Positions 1-10,320 are shown, numbered from the stretch's first letter. The stretch is 64,000 nucleotides of DNA from a virus (IMGVR_UViG_3300028840_006907:64001-128000), one strand, 5' to 3'. Numbers and translations are program-made. Notes: a model not told the origin generated them from the sequence alone.

Positions 1-441
1 AAGAAATTTCTCCGGCAAACAGATCTACTCGAAACGGAAGTTCTTGCCCAAGACGGGGATGGCTTTAAAAAGGCCATACTTCGTAAGAGTGCCCGTCAAG
101 TTGATTCAAAGATATCTTGGGTAGTCTTTAAACGGGATGGCTATATGTGCCGTTACTGTGGCCGTGATGACGTACCACTTACTGTTGACCATTTGGTGCT
201 CTGGGAAGATGGTGGTCCAACCATTGAAGAGAATTTGCTTTCAAGTTGTAAAAATTGCAATAAGAAGCGTGGAAGTATGCAGTATGCTGATTGGTTGAAA
301 TCACAGCGATACAGAAATGTATCGGAAAATCTGTCTGAGGAAATAAAGAGAGCAAATGAAGCTCTTATCTCAACATTAGATGCTATTCCTCGAAAGTTAC
401 ATATTCCATCACGTGGAGGGAAGAAAAAGAAAAAAAGATAA
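1..441 (+). CDS. HNH endonuclease, 5'-partial (open from window edge)
   Basis: Frame 1 is open from base 1. CRYCG...DHLVLWEDGG...NLLSSCKNCNKKRG matches the Cys/His-Asn-His HNH core. Confidence 0.8.
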   Translation, partial: KKFLRQTDLLETEVLAQDGDGFKKAILRKSARQVDSKISWVVFKRDGYMCRYCGRDDVPLTVDHLVLWEDGGPTIEENLLSSCKNCNKKRGSMQYADWLKSQRYRNVSENLSEEIKRANEALISTLDAIPRKLHIPSRGGKKKKKR

Positions 442-469
442 TATATAACAAATAAAGAAGGAGCTTTAT

Positions 470-751
470 ATGAATTATGGTAATTCTGCTAGAAAAGCAT
501 TATTTGGTAAAATTTATGGATCTCCTGGTGCAGATTGGGGTAAAGTACATGCTATATTAAAAAACAAAGAAGCATCAGAACGAAGATCGTCGTCATCTAG
601 TAGTGGGGGTTGTACAGGAGGATATACCCCAACATTTACTCCTCGTGGACCTCGTACAGAGTTCGAAGAAGGGTTTAAAGGTAAATGCAAACATTGTAAT
701 TATACAATTAATTTTCATACCCCTAAAAAGAAATGGTGCCCTCTATATTAA
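470..751 (+). CDS. hypothetical protein (Ser-run, C-terminal CxxC)
   Basis: ORF with AGGAG upstream; no recognisable family. Confidence 0.5.
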   Translation: MNYGNSARKALFGKIYGSPGADWGKVHAILKNKEASERRSSSSSSGGCTGGYTPTFTPRGPRTEFEEGFKGKCKHCNYTINFHTPKKKWCPLY

Positions 752-759
752 AATAAGGA

Positions 760-1410
760 ATGTTAAAAATGTTATTAGAAACTGAATATTTATCATGTAT
801 TTCTGAAATAAATCCTAATTTCGAAAAGATAATAGCTTTCCATAATTTAAAGGAATTAATAAATTTATATTCTGAGAGTTTCCGCATTTATCATAATTTG
901 GATCACATCGAACATGGTTATACATTACTTGAAGAAGTAAAAAATTTGTGTGATGATTATTTTCTGGTTTTATATGCTTGGTTTTACCATGATTGTATAT
1001 ATGTGCCCAATGCTAAAAATATTAATGAAATAATCAGTGCTGATAGAGCTGTATTTGATGGATCTCGGTTAGGTTTTGGTATTGATGCAGTGAGGAAAAT
1101 TCGGAATTTAGTTATGGCAACGGAACATGTTAAACCCATGGTTAATACTAATGATGAGAAAATTATACATGATGTTGATCTAGCAATACTTGGAGCAAAT
1201 CCAGATGATTATGATAGTTATTCAAGTGATATTAGAAAAGAATACTGCATCTTTCCGTGGAATCAATATCGAGATGGGCGACTTTTTGCAATGAATACTT
1301 TTTTGAAATTAGATCAGATTTATTTTACTGATTATTTTAAAGACCTTTTTGAGAAGAGAGCCCGAGCGAACATAAAACGTGAGATGAAAGCAATAAGGGA
1401 AATAGGGTAA
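760..1410 (+). CDS. HD-domain metal-dependent phosphohydrolase
   Basis: YHNLDHIEH ... WFYHDCIY ... HDVDLAILG gives an H..HD..D signature. Confidence 0.65.
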   Translation: MLKMLLETEYLSCISEINPNFEKIIAFHNLKELINLYSESFRIYHNLDHIEHGYTLLEEVKNLCDDYFLVLYAWFYHDCIYVPNAKNINEIISADRAVFDGSRLGFGIDAVRKIRNLVMATEHVKPMVNTNDEKIIHDVDLAILGANPDDYDSYSSDIRKEYCIFPWNQYRDGRLFAMNTFLKLDQIYFTDYFKDLFEKRARANIKREMKAIREIG

Positions 1411-1427
1411 ATTTTTATATAAAGTTT

Positions 1428-1495
1428 GGGGACTGCAGGTGCGTGGGATATATGTCTGCGAAACTTTATCTTACCTTGGTGAGCCTTGCAGTCCC
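1428..1495 (+). other. long GC-rich hairpin after the HD gene (terminator or structured RNA)
   Basis: gggactgcagg (1428-1438) pairs with ccttgcagtccc (1484-1495) with one bulge. A T-rich tract follows. Confidence 0.4.
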
Positions 1496-1509
1496 TCTTT
1501 CTATTTAAT

Positions 1510-1656
1510 ATGTCAATTTTAATACTTGTAATTTTTACTCTTTGTGCATTTATAGTGTGGTGGTTTATTACCCATACCATTTATTCAGCTAAGTGGTATC
1601 TTTTAAGTTTAATAGGTAAACTCAGAAAAAAATTTAAGAAATGGAACCGGTTTTAA
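1510..1656 (+). CDS. small membrane protein (48 aa)
   Basis: MSILILVIFTLCAFIVWWFITH... is hydrophobic. Its stop abuts the ATG at 1657. Below the ORF-track size cutoff. Confidence 0.45.
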   Translation: MSILILVIFTLCAFIVWWFITHTIYSAKWYLLSLIGKLRKKFKKWNRF

Positions 1657-2097
1657 ATGGGATCATTATTAACATTAATTATAAGTGGTAAAGTTAAAGA
1701 AAGAATTAAAGAGATTGTAAAATATGCTGAAGCGCATCGGGTAGATTTTGAAACTCTGATGAGTATGAAAGATTATGGTAATCCAGGTTACACCGGTCCC
1801 ATTCCTGCCGGACTGAATCAAAACAATACGATGAAGATCTATGATATTAAGGGTTACCATTATTATAAAATTGCTTATACTATTGAGCAGATGGAACAAC
1901 TTTGGGTTAGACATTTCTCTGCTTCAGTAAGTACGAATGAAATGCCTAATTTGAAAATGCTTATGATGTGTCTTCCTGATTTCGGTTTTAAAGAATGTAA
2001 TATAAACAAACTTTATGTTGAGCCTCTTCCACCTGCATTACATATATTAGAGCCACTTGATATGACCTGGGAAGAGTTCACAAAGAAATATAAATGA
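1657..2097 (+). CDS. hypothetical protein
   Basis: ORF track; tightly packed with its neighbours. Confidence 0.6.
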   Translation: MGSLLTLIISGKVKERIKEIVKYAEAHRVDFETLMSMKDYGNPGYTGPIPAGLNQNNTMKIYDIKGYHYYKIAYTIEQMEQLWVRHFSASVSTNEMPNLKMLMMCLPDFGFKECNINKLYVEPLPPALHILEPLDMTWEEFTKKYK

Positions 2098-2267
2098 AAA
2101 AGAAGTACCAATTGATAGTGGCCCAATCAGTGGATCGTGAAAATGATATTCATACCTTATTTATGTACTATGTAAGCTGGTGGAGAGCCAAATTAAACCA
2201 GTTTACCCATTATATCTTCAATAAGAAGTGCTCCTCAACAACATTAAGAAGAATACCTTTCGTTTAA
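2094..2267 (+). CDS. small hypothetical protein (57 aa)
   Basis: ATGA start/stop overlap with the upstream ORF. Translated by hand as MKKKYQLIVAQSVDREND... Confidence 0.4.
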   Translation: MKKKYQLIVAQSVDRENDIHTLFMYYVSWWRAKLNQFTHYIFNKKCSSTTLRRIPFV

Positions 2268-2340
2268 TTTACCTTAATTTCCGAGTAATTTTCTATTAAT
2301 ATTTGTTGCAATATCTAAACCAATTTGGAAGGATATTGCA

Positions 2341-5300
2341 ATGTACTCTATTGATGATTTTATTCAAACTGTTTTTTCATATACTCTTCAGAAACAGAAA
2401 TTCTTCGCAGCAGCAGAACGTGCTTTAAAGAAAAATCTCCAATCCTATATACGCCCCGACTTTTTCGGAACTAGTTCGGGAGATGTCCGACTAGATAATT
2501 TACTTGTATCTCTCGCCAATAGATTGGGTGAAGCTGATGTTGAAGATAAAAGAATTTTTCTTGAAGATGCAGTAAGTGATTTTGTCTCAGAAGAGAAGGC
2601 TGACGAGTTAAGAGCAATCCTTGAAACCAAATTGGAAAGAAAACATAAAATCCCTGAAGAACTAGCTGATAAATTTATCAGTAAATCAGGTTTACTTGTT
2701 GATGAAGAGAAAAAAGAATTTGATCGTGTGAAGAAAGATATGGTCAAATTGATCTCAGGTTTTATTTACGGTTTCTTCGAAAATAAATTTAAAGAATTTG
2801 TACGAGCAAAAAAGAAAAAAGAAGATATCGGTAGAGAAGTAGCCCCGGATCTAGAAGTCCTGCCTGATAGTGAATTAATTGATCAAGCTGAAAAAGAACA
2901 AGAATGGCAAGAAGGTTTAACTAAAGATCTGTTTGGATATATCAATAAAAATGTTCCGGAAAAAAGGCGCTATGCTTATAAAATGATCTTGTTAAAAAGA
3001 TTTATGGTAGCACCAGCTAGTAGGATGGGTTTTGTTGAAATGGCAGAAAAGACAGGAATACCCAAATCATCTCTGGAAGAATGGGAAAAAGATTTGGGCC
3101 GTAGACTTGCTGAATATCTCTCTGCAGGTGGCCTTGGCCCTAAATTCGTTAGTGAGGGTGGCCTTTATAAAAAAGATGTTAAAGTTCCCGATTATAAAGA
3201 TGTTTTTAAAAACAAAGAGAATTCGAATGATTTCAAAGATTTCATGGAAGGCAAACAACCAAAAACCGGTAAACCCATGAGTGAGAAGGTAAAAAAAATA
3301 TTAGAGTTGTTTGCTGAAGGTAAAGATACCAAGGAAATCGAATCACAGACTGATGCGAGTATTGGTCAGATAAAAAAATTAAAAAGTACTCATTTCTCTC
3401 CCTGGTATAAAGAGTGGTATGCTGAAATGCTTAAGGATGTCAGAGAAGCTACAGAACGTATAAAGAAAGCTCTTATGATAATTAATGGTGAGACACCTCC
3501 TCCAGCTTCTCATGAGAAATATGTGAATATGGCAATAGCTAAAAAATACCCTCTTGAACTTACTGTAACTTTTAGTGCCAATTATGATAACCAGGATTTA
3601 ATAAAGGAAAGTGATCGAGTTGATCCGGAAAAAGACCCGGTTGATTTTAAATACAAACATTACCAGGTAAAATTAGAAAGGACCAGTAGACCCCGAATTG
3701 AATATACTTTTGATCAAAAATTAACCGATAAAGGTGATTTTGAAGGTAGCCCTCGATCATCATTGGTCATTGAAGGAAATCCTGGTCATGAAGGTTTGAG
3801 AAGAAGGCTCGATGAATATGTCGAGCAAGAAATGAAACCAGAGGGTATCCTTCCTTACGGTCCTTCGGTAAAGGGTAGAAAACCTGTCCAGATCCCTGTT
3901 GAATATGTAAATGAATCTCTTGATAGTACTAAGACCTATGATGGGTCTAAAAAAAGAAGATATCGTGGATTTATTGATTTCGCTGACAAGTACAAAGGTT
4001 TCATGGTAAAAGACCAACCTCATTTAACCCGGGTTCAGGAAGAAAGTAAAAGGGAAGAGAAGAAATTGTTACCTAAGGGTGGAAAAAATGAAATTCGAAA
4101 ATTGATCCAGCATTTAAAAGAAAATATTGGTGATGAAATGGAAGAGACTACACCCGATAAGAAAAAAGTTGAGGTGTGGAAAAAACAGATTAAAGAATTA
4201 CAGGATCATTTGAAGAAAGATTCTGAAAAAGAAATAGTGGATTTTGTCTCAAAACATAAAGAGAGGTTTAAATTCGCTGTCTCTGAAGAGCGCATGAAAA
4301 ATGTTCGTGAATTGATGAAACTCAGAGAACTAGTAGAAAACCAAGAACAACGATTGTTACAAAGAAAAATGAAAGGTGATCCTAAAGATAAGGATACAGT
4401 TAAACTTAAAGAAGATATAGCAACAAATAAAGATAAAATCACTAAGCTCGAAAAAATCCTTGAAGAAACAAAAGAGCCATTTCCTCCACCAGAATCGGCT
4501 AAAGTTCAAAAGTTATTAAAGGAACTTTCTGATCTCGGTATTAAAGACAGAAAATTAGAAGAATTCCTGACTTCAACTGATCTCCAATTTTTTGTTAACC
4601 AGGTACAAGGTGCTCTGGCCAAGGAAGCACAAGATAATATCGCAGGTGTTAAGAAAAACAAAAATATGAGTGATGAGGAAAAGAAACAGGAATATGAAGC
4701 TATTGAGAGAAAACGTGGTGTAAAGCTGAATAAATTTATCGAGTTGTTTGAAGCTGTACCTGAAGACATGAAAAAACGTCTGGAGAAATATAAAAAGGCT
4801 GATCCCAGTGGGTATAAAAAATTAGAAAAGAAGCATGGGGCTCTTTTAAACTGGGTAAATAATCCTGAAAAAGCCCTCTCTAAAGTAAAACAGAATCTTT
4901 CTACACCGAAAACTCTTGAGGCTCCAAAAGGTAAACAGGAATCAGTGGTACCTATGGAGGAAGAGGATGCTAAATACATGCTCAATTGGCTTGAGGCCCA
5001 GTTACAGGGTTTCGATGTTATAGGAGAAAGATTTGGTCAGGCAGCTTTAAAAGCAGAAGGTTTAAGTCCACAAGAGAGAGTTAAGGTAGAAAAACAATTA
5101 AAAGATACAGAAAAAGAGTTTCAGGATTTACGAAATAGAATAGGTGAAATGGAAGGTAAAGGGAAGGCTACCACTAGTGAAATCAAAGATCTGAAAAAAG
5201 ACATACCGACTTATATGAGAACAATAGAAGGTTTAAAAAGTTCTCTTTCTGATTCAAAAGAATCTCCTGCTATGATTATGGCACAAGTTTTAACTGATCG

Positions 5301-6885
5301 ACTTTCTGATTTCACTAAAATGTACAATCCGTTATCAAAGACTTTATGGTTTAGCCCAAAAACCTATGAGAAGAGAGCAGAAATTGTTACCAGTGAAGAT
5401 GATCCAGCTTTAGCTTCATTGCAAAAGAACATTGCTAAGGATACAGTTTCATTTTCAAAACTCAGCATCTTCGATAAAGAATCCATTAGATCTCTGGCAA
5501 GTACCATCCGGTCAGGTTTATCAAAATTCAAAAAGGAGTTACCAAGAATGGCCTCTTTTAATCCAATCTATTTAACAGTAGAAGAAAAAGCCCTTATGGA
5601 TAAACAAGCTAAGGAAGAAGATCACTTTGAAAAACGTGTTAAATTTGTTTTTCCTGAAGGTGAATTGAATGATGCCAAAAATATGGTAACTCAGCTCAAA
5701 GAGAAGAAATTAGATGATGCATCGAAAAAAGCTCAGAAAGAATTATCAGAATTAATTAAAAATGTCACAAGTGCCTATGATGATTTCGATATAGGTAAAA
5801 TTAAAGCATTGGCAGAAAAAGAGGAGATTTCTGAATCAAAAGCTGCTGTTCGTTTAAAAAGAATAAAAGACTCATTGGCTAAATATGCTCTAAGTCAATT
5901 CATTCTTAAGTGGCAAGATGTCATAGACATGGGATTTAAAGATACTCCAAGAAAGAAAGGACCTTTGGGAGGACCGGAATCCCAAAAATATGATAAAATT
6001 TTGGAAATAATTGAAGAGGATGTACCTGAGTTATTTAAAGAGGCTCCTCCTGAGAAAGAAATAAAAGAAGCTCCTAAAGGCTTACCTACTCCTAAGGAAA
6101 TCAGAGAACGTATCGAAATGGAATTTGAAGAAGGATTTCCAGCACAAAAAGAAAGAGAATACAGAACTCTGAAGGACAAAGGTCATAAATTATTCAAAGA
6201 TCCTTCTGGGGCTGGTGGTGGCGGTGGCGGAAAAGGTAAAAGTCGCCCAAAACCTATAAAGAAACATCCTCCTGCCCATACATATGAAACACTTAAGAGT
6301 AATTTCAAAGAAGCTCTGAAAACAAAATCAGTTCATGACATAGTACTTAGTGAAATAGGCAGGTATTTACATAATGTGAGAAATTATGTGAAAGGTGGCT
6401 CTTATTTCGATGTGGATGATGTTGTTGCTGGAGTTGTCGATGTATTGAAAAATTTTAAAAAAGTCATCAAATCATTAAGAGTAACCATGGATCCAGGAGC
6501 TACTGCAGATATAAAACTGAAAGATGAAAAAGAGGCAAAACAACTTTTTAATAAATTATCAGATATTTACAAATTAATAGATATGATTGCTGCTGATGAA
6601 AGTGGGAAACCTGTTATAAAAATAGGTCCTATACCAGGTGATCTGAGTAAGATAAAAACTCAACGTGGTGAACCCGATACCTGGTTCCCGAAAGGTCTTA
6701 TGGAAGCTGTTCAAGTAAAAAAACGAGAAGAGATTGAAGAAGGAGCAAAAGAGAAAGCTCCTGAAAAGTCAGTTTCAGCAAAAAAAGTATCAGCACAATT
6801 TTTGGCTTTTAAATTAGCACATAAGTTTTCCTTTTCAGATTTACAAAAGATTGAAGGTCTGAAAGAAGATATAGATAAAAAATAA
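2341..6885 (+). CDS. giant Lys/Glu-rich coiled-coil protein (1514 aa), function unknown
   Basis: Uninterrupted 4.5-kb ORF with a Gly run GAGGGGGGKGK. The N-terminal part has two HTH-like stretches (MGFVEMAEKTGIPKSSLEEWEK; TKEIESQTDASIGQIKKLK). Confidence 0.7.
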   Translation: MYSIDDFIQTVFSYTLQKQKFFAAAERALKKNLQSYIRPDFFGTSSGDVRLDNLLVSLANRLGEADVEDKRIFLEDAVSDFVSEEKADELRAILETKLERKHKIPEELADKFISKSGLLVDEEKKEFDRVKKDMVKLISGFIYGFFENKFKEFVRAKKKKEDIGREVAPDLEVLPDSELIDQAEKEQEWQEGLTKDLFGYINKNVPEKRRYAYKMILLKRFMVAPASRMGFVEMAEKTGIPKSSLEEWEKDLGRRLAEYLSAGGLGPKFVSEGGLYKKDVKVPDYKDVFKNKENSNDFKDFMEGKQPKTGKPMSEKVKKILELFAEGKDTKEIESQTDASIGQIKKLKSTHFSPWYKEWYAEMLKDVREATERIKKALMIINGETPPPASHEKYVNMAIAKKYPLELTVTFSANYDNQDLIKESDRVDPEKDPVDFKYKHYQVKLERTSRPRIEYTFDQKLTDKGDFEGSPRSSLVIEGNPGHEGLRRRLDEYVEQEMKPEGILPYGPSVKGRKPVQIPVEYVNESLDSTKTYDGSKKRRYRGFIDFADKYKGFMVKDQPHLTRVQEESKREEKKLLPKGGKNEIRKLIQHLKENIGDEMEETTPDKKKVEVWKKQIKELQDHLKKDSEKEIVDFVSKHKERFKFAVSEERMKNVRELMKLRELVENQEQRLLQRKMKGDPKDKDTVKLKEDIATNKDKITKLEKILEETKEPFPPPESAKVQKLLKELSDLGIKDRKLEEFLTSTDLQFFVNQVQGALAKEAQDNIAGVKKNKNMSDEEKKQEYEAIERKRGVKLNKFIELFEAVPEDMKKRLEKYKKADPSGYKKLEKKHGALLNWVNNPEKALSKVKQNLSTPKTLEAPKGKQESVVPMEEEDAKYMLNWLEAQLQGFDVIGERFGQAALKAEGLSPQERVKVEKQLKDTEKEFQDLRNRIGEMEGKGKATTSEIKDLKKDIPTYMRTIEGLKSSLSDSKESPAMIMAQVLTDRLSDFTKMYNPLSKTLWFSPKTYEKRAEIVTSEDDPALASLQKNIAKDTVSFSKLSIFDKESIRSLASTIRSGLSKFKKELPRMASFNPIYLTVEEKALMDKQAKEEDHFEKRVKFVFPEGELNDAKNMVTQLKEKKLDDASKKAQKELSELIKNVTSAYDDFDIGKIKALAEKEEISESKAAVRLKRIKDSLAKYALSQFILKWQDVIDMGFKDTPRKKGPLGGPESQKYDKILEIIEEDVPELFKEAPPEKEIKEAPKGLPTPKEIRERIEMEFEEGFPAQKEREYRTLKDKGHKLFKDPSGAGGGGGGKGKSRPKPIKKHPPAHTYETLKSNFKEALKTKSVHDIVLSEIGRYLHNVRNYVKGGSYFDVDDVVAGVVDVLKNFKKVIKSLRVTMDPGATADIKLKDEKEAKQLFNKLSDIYKLIDMIAADESGKPVIKIGPIPGDLSKIKTQRGEPDTWFPKGLMEAVQVKKREEIEEGAKEKAPEKSVSAKKVSAQFLAFKLAHKFSFSDLQKIEGLKEDIDKK

Positions 6886-6923
6886 AAATAAAATAAGAGC
6901 CCTCTTAGAAGGCTTGTAAAGGC

Positions 6924-7682
6924 TTGGAGACATCTGTGAAGTATAGCGTACTTGTACCCTACTATAAACGCCTAGGGCACCTACATAATACCTTTATTTC
7001 CTTTCTACACCATTATTCAGATAGAAATGATTATGAGGTTGTCATAGCAGAAGATTATAAAAATGTCCAGAATAAAAAAGACCATGACGGTCTATCAGAA
7101 ACCATTGAGAAATTCCGTGAAAAAATACCGATAATTCATTTAACTCTTTCTATGGAAACCTGGAATCCAGCTCATGGTTTTAATGAAGCTGCAAAGTGGG
7201 CTTCTGGTGAATATTTCGTTGTAACCAATCCAGAATGTTTCCATCAAGTGAACATACTGGCTGGACTCGATAAAGAATTTGAAGAAGACCCCAATGTCTA
7301 TGTTGTATGTGGTTGTATGAATTATGTCCGTTGTAATTTTTTTATTAAAAACTTTAATGATCTAAATGGAAAATTTCAGAGATGGTACCAACACTCAATA
7401 CATAGAGCAGCCCACTATCATTTCTGTTCAGCTATTTCAAAACAGAATTGGGTAAAAATAGGAGGATTCGATGAAGACTTTGCTATGGGTATAGCCTATG
7501 ATGATGTCGATTTTAAATTAAGCATTCAAAAAGCCAAGATACCCTTTCATATCCGGGATGACCTTCTTACTATACATATTGACCATGGTTCCTTCCCATC
7601 TCCTCCAAATGCTCAGAAATTAGTTAATCGAAATAGAATCACCTATCAAAGAAAATGGGAAGGAAGTAATGAATCTTACTAG
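6924..7682 (+). CDS. family-2 glycosyltransferase
   Basis: YSVLVPYYKR N-terminus, EDY and DDVDF acidic motifs. The start may be GTG at 6936, 5 nt after GGAGA. Confidence 0.7.
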   Translation: METSVKYSVLVPYYKRLGHLHNTFISFLHHYSDRNDYEVVIAEDYKNVQNKKDHDGLSETIEKFREKIPIIHLTLSMETWNPAHGFNEAAKWASGEYFVVTNPECFHQVNILAGLDKEFEEDPNVYVVCGCMNYVRCNFFIKNFNDLNGKFQRWYQHSIHRAAHYHFCSAISKQNWVKIGGFDEDFAMGIAYDDVDFKLSIQKAKIPFHIRDDLLTIHIDHGSFPSPPNAQKLVNRNRITYQRKWEGSNESY

Positions 7683-9762
7683 TTATACCGCAGCCGACAG
7701 TATCCCGATAAAATTGATTAAGAACTTTAAATTGTTAAAGTCCATGACAACAAAAGGAGTCATCTTACCAATCCATGTCCAGTTCATACCCACAAATAGA
7801 TGTAACATGAAATGTGGATTTTGTAGCTGTGCTGAAGATGACAGAAAAACAGAAATGTCCCTTAAAAATGCTAAGAAGATCATCAGAAAATTAAAAAAAC
7901 TCGGTACTCAATCCGTAACCATCACCGGAGGAGGAGAACCACTCCTTTATCCTCATCTCCAAGAATTGTTTTCTCTGTTTAAAGATGCCGGGATAAAAAT
8001 CGGTTTTGTTACCAATGGCCTCTTATTAGGTAAATGTACCTATGAAGATGTAACCTGGTGTCGGATTTCTAATTCTGATGAAAGAAAAATGGACATGGAC
8101 TATTATCACACAATAGCTTATGCTGTTGAAGATAACCCAAACGTGGACTGGGCCTTTAGTCATGTCGTTTCTCCAAAACCAAATATCTCCGAAATAAAAC
8201 GGATCATAGAATTTGCCAATCTCCATGATTTTACCCATGTCCGATTAGTAGCTGATCTATTGAATTATAAAGAAGTAGATTTAATGCAGTTAAAAATCAC
8301 TCTTCGAGATGAAAATGTCGATGATGATAAAGTCATCTATCAAAGTAGAAATACCCCGCTCAGAGGCGGAGACTGTTATATATGCTATCTTAAACCCATG
8401 ATAGGGGCTGACTGTAATGTGTACGCTTGTTGTTTAGAGGCTAATGAACCTGTATTAATCCAGAGAAATAACGAAAGGATGTATTTATCTATAAAGGATG
8501 TTGTTCCAGGGGATTATGCTTGTGAATATGGAAAGATTTTAAATGTGTTTCATAAAGAGGGTGAAGAAGGCTTGGAAATAGTTTTGCAAAATAATAGGAC
8601 TATTTATGTTTCGAAAGATCATCTTATGCTTAAATTGACAAACCCTGAAATTAGACATAAGAGAAAGAAGTTATTATCTGACTATGAATTAGATACAATA
8701 GAATCTTCTGAATTAAGAATTGGAGATTTACTTCCGGTCAAATATAAATATGATATTAGTGAAATAAAAGAAGATACTATATCTGAAGAAGAAGCAGAAT
8801 TAATAGGATATTATGTAGCTGAAGGTTGGTCCAATGAACGAACTTGTATAGTTGATAAAAAATATCCTACTAGAACTACCACTATAGGATTTATGCTAGG
8901 GAAAGAGTCAAGAGAATATATAAGAAGATTTGAAGAAATTTGTGATATTTTGAATCTAAATTTTTCTATGACTGAACGTAGAACTGGTATGCAGTATCAG
9001 ATAGGTGCACATAAACCCTACGATGACTTAATTGTACACTGTGGTAATAAAGCAGAATTAAAAAAGATCCCTCCTTTTATTTTAAACGGCTCTGATAAAA
9101 TAAAGTGGAAATTTATTCAAGGCTATTTTGGAGGTGACGGGAATTTTCAAACTCCTTCTAAAAGCTATGATGGTTTTAAAATGAGAATGAGTACTGTCAG
9201 TAGACAACTAGCTAATGATATAATTTATCTCTTTTGTACTTTAAATATTCATGCTTCTATGAGAGTTGAGAGACGTGAAGGAAAAATGATAATAGAAGGA
9301 AGAGAGGTAAATGCTAAAGATCGGTATCATATAAATATAGGGGGAGCCTATAATTTAGAAAAAGCCCCATTCCTAAATGTAATTCAAACAAAAGAAAGAA
9401 GTCCTAAAAGAGCCCTCGGTTTTTTGAAAGATGAGGATAAGGGCATTATGTTTGTACCAGTTAAAGAGATCAGAGAGAAAAAGTTAGGAAAATTAGTAGA
9501 CATTCAAGTGGAAGGTTCAAATAAATTTATATCTTCATTTGGTATAATAGTTCATAATTGTGGCGTCCAGTATGCTCTTAAAAAGCCTTCAAAGAATCTT
9601 CCTAAGAAACTGAGCCTAGGAAGTGCTTTTGATCTTGAGAAGATAATTGAGAACAGTAATAAGCCCCTGGACGGGAGCATGTGTTATCGATGCTATTATA
9701 GTAATTATAACAAGATACTAGGATCCATCCTGGATGATACCGATCATATGGAGTTTGTATGA
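7669..9762 (+). CDS. radical SAM enzyme interrupted by an intein
   Basis: CNMKCGFC (CxxxCxxC) and a GGGEPLL SAM motif. The extein is 321 aa after removing residues encoded by 8431-9558. Confidence 0.85.
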   Translation: MNLTSYTAADSIPIKLIKNFKLLKSMTTKGVILPIHVQFIPTNRCNMKCGFCSCAEDDRKTEMSLKNAKKIIRKLKKLGTQSVTITGGGEPLLYPHLQELFSLFKDAGIKIGFVTNGLLLGKCTYEDVTWCRISNSDERKMDMDYYHTIAYAVEDNPNVDWAFSHVVSPKPNISEIKRIIEFANLHDFTHVRLVADLLNYKEVDLMQLKITLRDENVDDDKVIYQSRNTPLRGGDCYICYLKPMIGADCNVYACCLEANEPVLIQRNNERMYLSIKDVVPGDYACEYGKILNVFHKEGEEGLEIVLQNNRTIYVSKDHLMLKLTNPEIRHKRKKLLSDYELDTIESSELRIGDLLPVKYKYDISEIKEDTISEEEAELIGYYVAEGWSNERTCIVDKKYPTRTTTIGFMLGKESREYIRRFEEICDILNLNFSMTERRTGMQYQIGAHKPYDDLIVHCGNKAELKKIPPFILNGSDKIKWKFIQGYFGGDGNFQTPSKSYDGFKMRMSTVSRQLANDIIYLFCTLNIHASMRVERREGKMIIEGREVNAKDRYHINIGGAYNLEKAPFLNVIQTKERSPKRALGFLKDEDKGIMFVPVKEIREKKLGKLVDIQVEGSNKFISSFGIIVHNCGVQYALKKPSKNLPKKLSLGSAFDLEKIIENSNKPLDGSMCYRCYYSNYNKILGSILDDTDHMEFV
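8431..9558 (+). mobile_element. LAGLIDADG-type intein (376 aa) inside the radical SAM gene
   Basis: N-terminal junction YAC|CLEANEPVL; block B SKDH. Two LAGLIDADG motifs (LIGYYVAEGW, FIQGYFGGDGN). C-terminal junction GIIVHN|C. Confidence 0.85.
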
Positions 9763-10310
9763 TCCGTTATAAAGAGATCTATGAACGAGTATTTGACATA
9801 CCTCATTATTCCAGAAACCAAGACCGAAAGATTACCTGTTCCCAAGTACATAACTATTTAATAGGAACTGAAAAATCTATCATTGATATAGGATCGGGGC
9901 GTGGGCCTGTTCTTATAGAACTGCTGAATCATTTTCAGAGATCTCAGATATTGTCTTGTGATTTAAAAAAGTTCCATGATATTGAAGTCCCGTTCCTGAA
10001 ACTGGATTTAACTGAGTTCAAGGATCGGGAAGCAATATTGAGGGTCTTTCCACAGTTTGATTTCTTAACCTGTTTTGATGTCCTGGAACATATCGAGCGA
10101 CAGGAATTGCACGCTATTCTCAGATTCTTTAAAGAGCTATCTAAAAAACATCTAATTATTGTAGCAAATCACTCTGATAACTGGGGCCAGGAATTACATT
10201 TAATACAGGAGCCCATGGACTGGTGGGAGGAAAGTTTTGGTGAATATTTTAAGATATTGGATAAAAAGAGTATTCATAATGATAGAGCGTATGTATTCCA
10301 TTTAGAATGA
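9759..10310 (+). CDS. class I SAM-dependent methyltransferase
   Basis: IIDIGSGRGPV motif I; FDFLTCFDVLEHI motif. Confidence 0.7.
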   Translation: MIRYKEIYERVFDIPHYSRNQDRKITCSQVHNYLIGTEKSIIDIGSGRGPVLIELLNHFQRSQILSCDLKKFHDIEVPFLKLDLTEFKDREAILRVFPQFDFLTCFDVLEHIERQELHAILRFFKELSKKHLIIVANHSDNWGQELHLIQEPMDWWEESFGEYFKILDKKSIHNDRAYVFHLE

Positions 10311-10320
10311 GAGGTATAGG

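Noticed and set aside
760-1410. The HD-domain protein as the missing Cas3 HD nuclease (Cas3'').
   Set aside because: It lies 14 kb away on the opposite strand in an unrelated gene block. Its motif pattern resembles generic HD phosphohydrolases rather than Cas3 HD.
1332-1580. Minus-strand ORF of 82 aa.
   Set aside because: It is antisense to the end of the HD gene, a GC-rich hairpin and a better-placed plus-strand membrane micro-ORF. It has no RBS.
2445-6179. Several antisense or alternative-frame ORFs inside the 1514-aa gene (for example 4506..4985 on the minus strand).
   Set aside because: They are Ser/Phe/Leu-rich mirror translations of a Lys/Glu-rich gene, a typical low-complexity shadow-ORF pattern.
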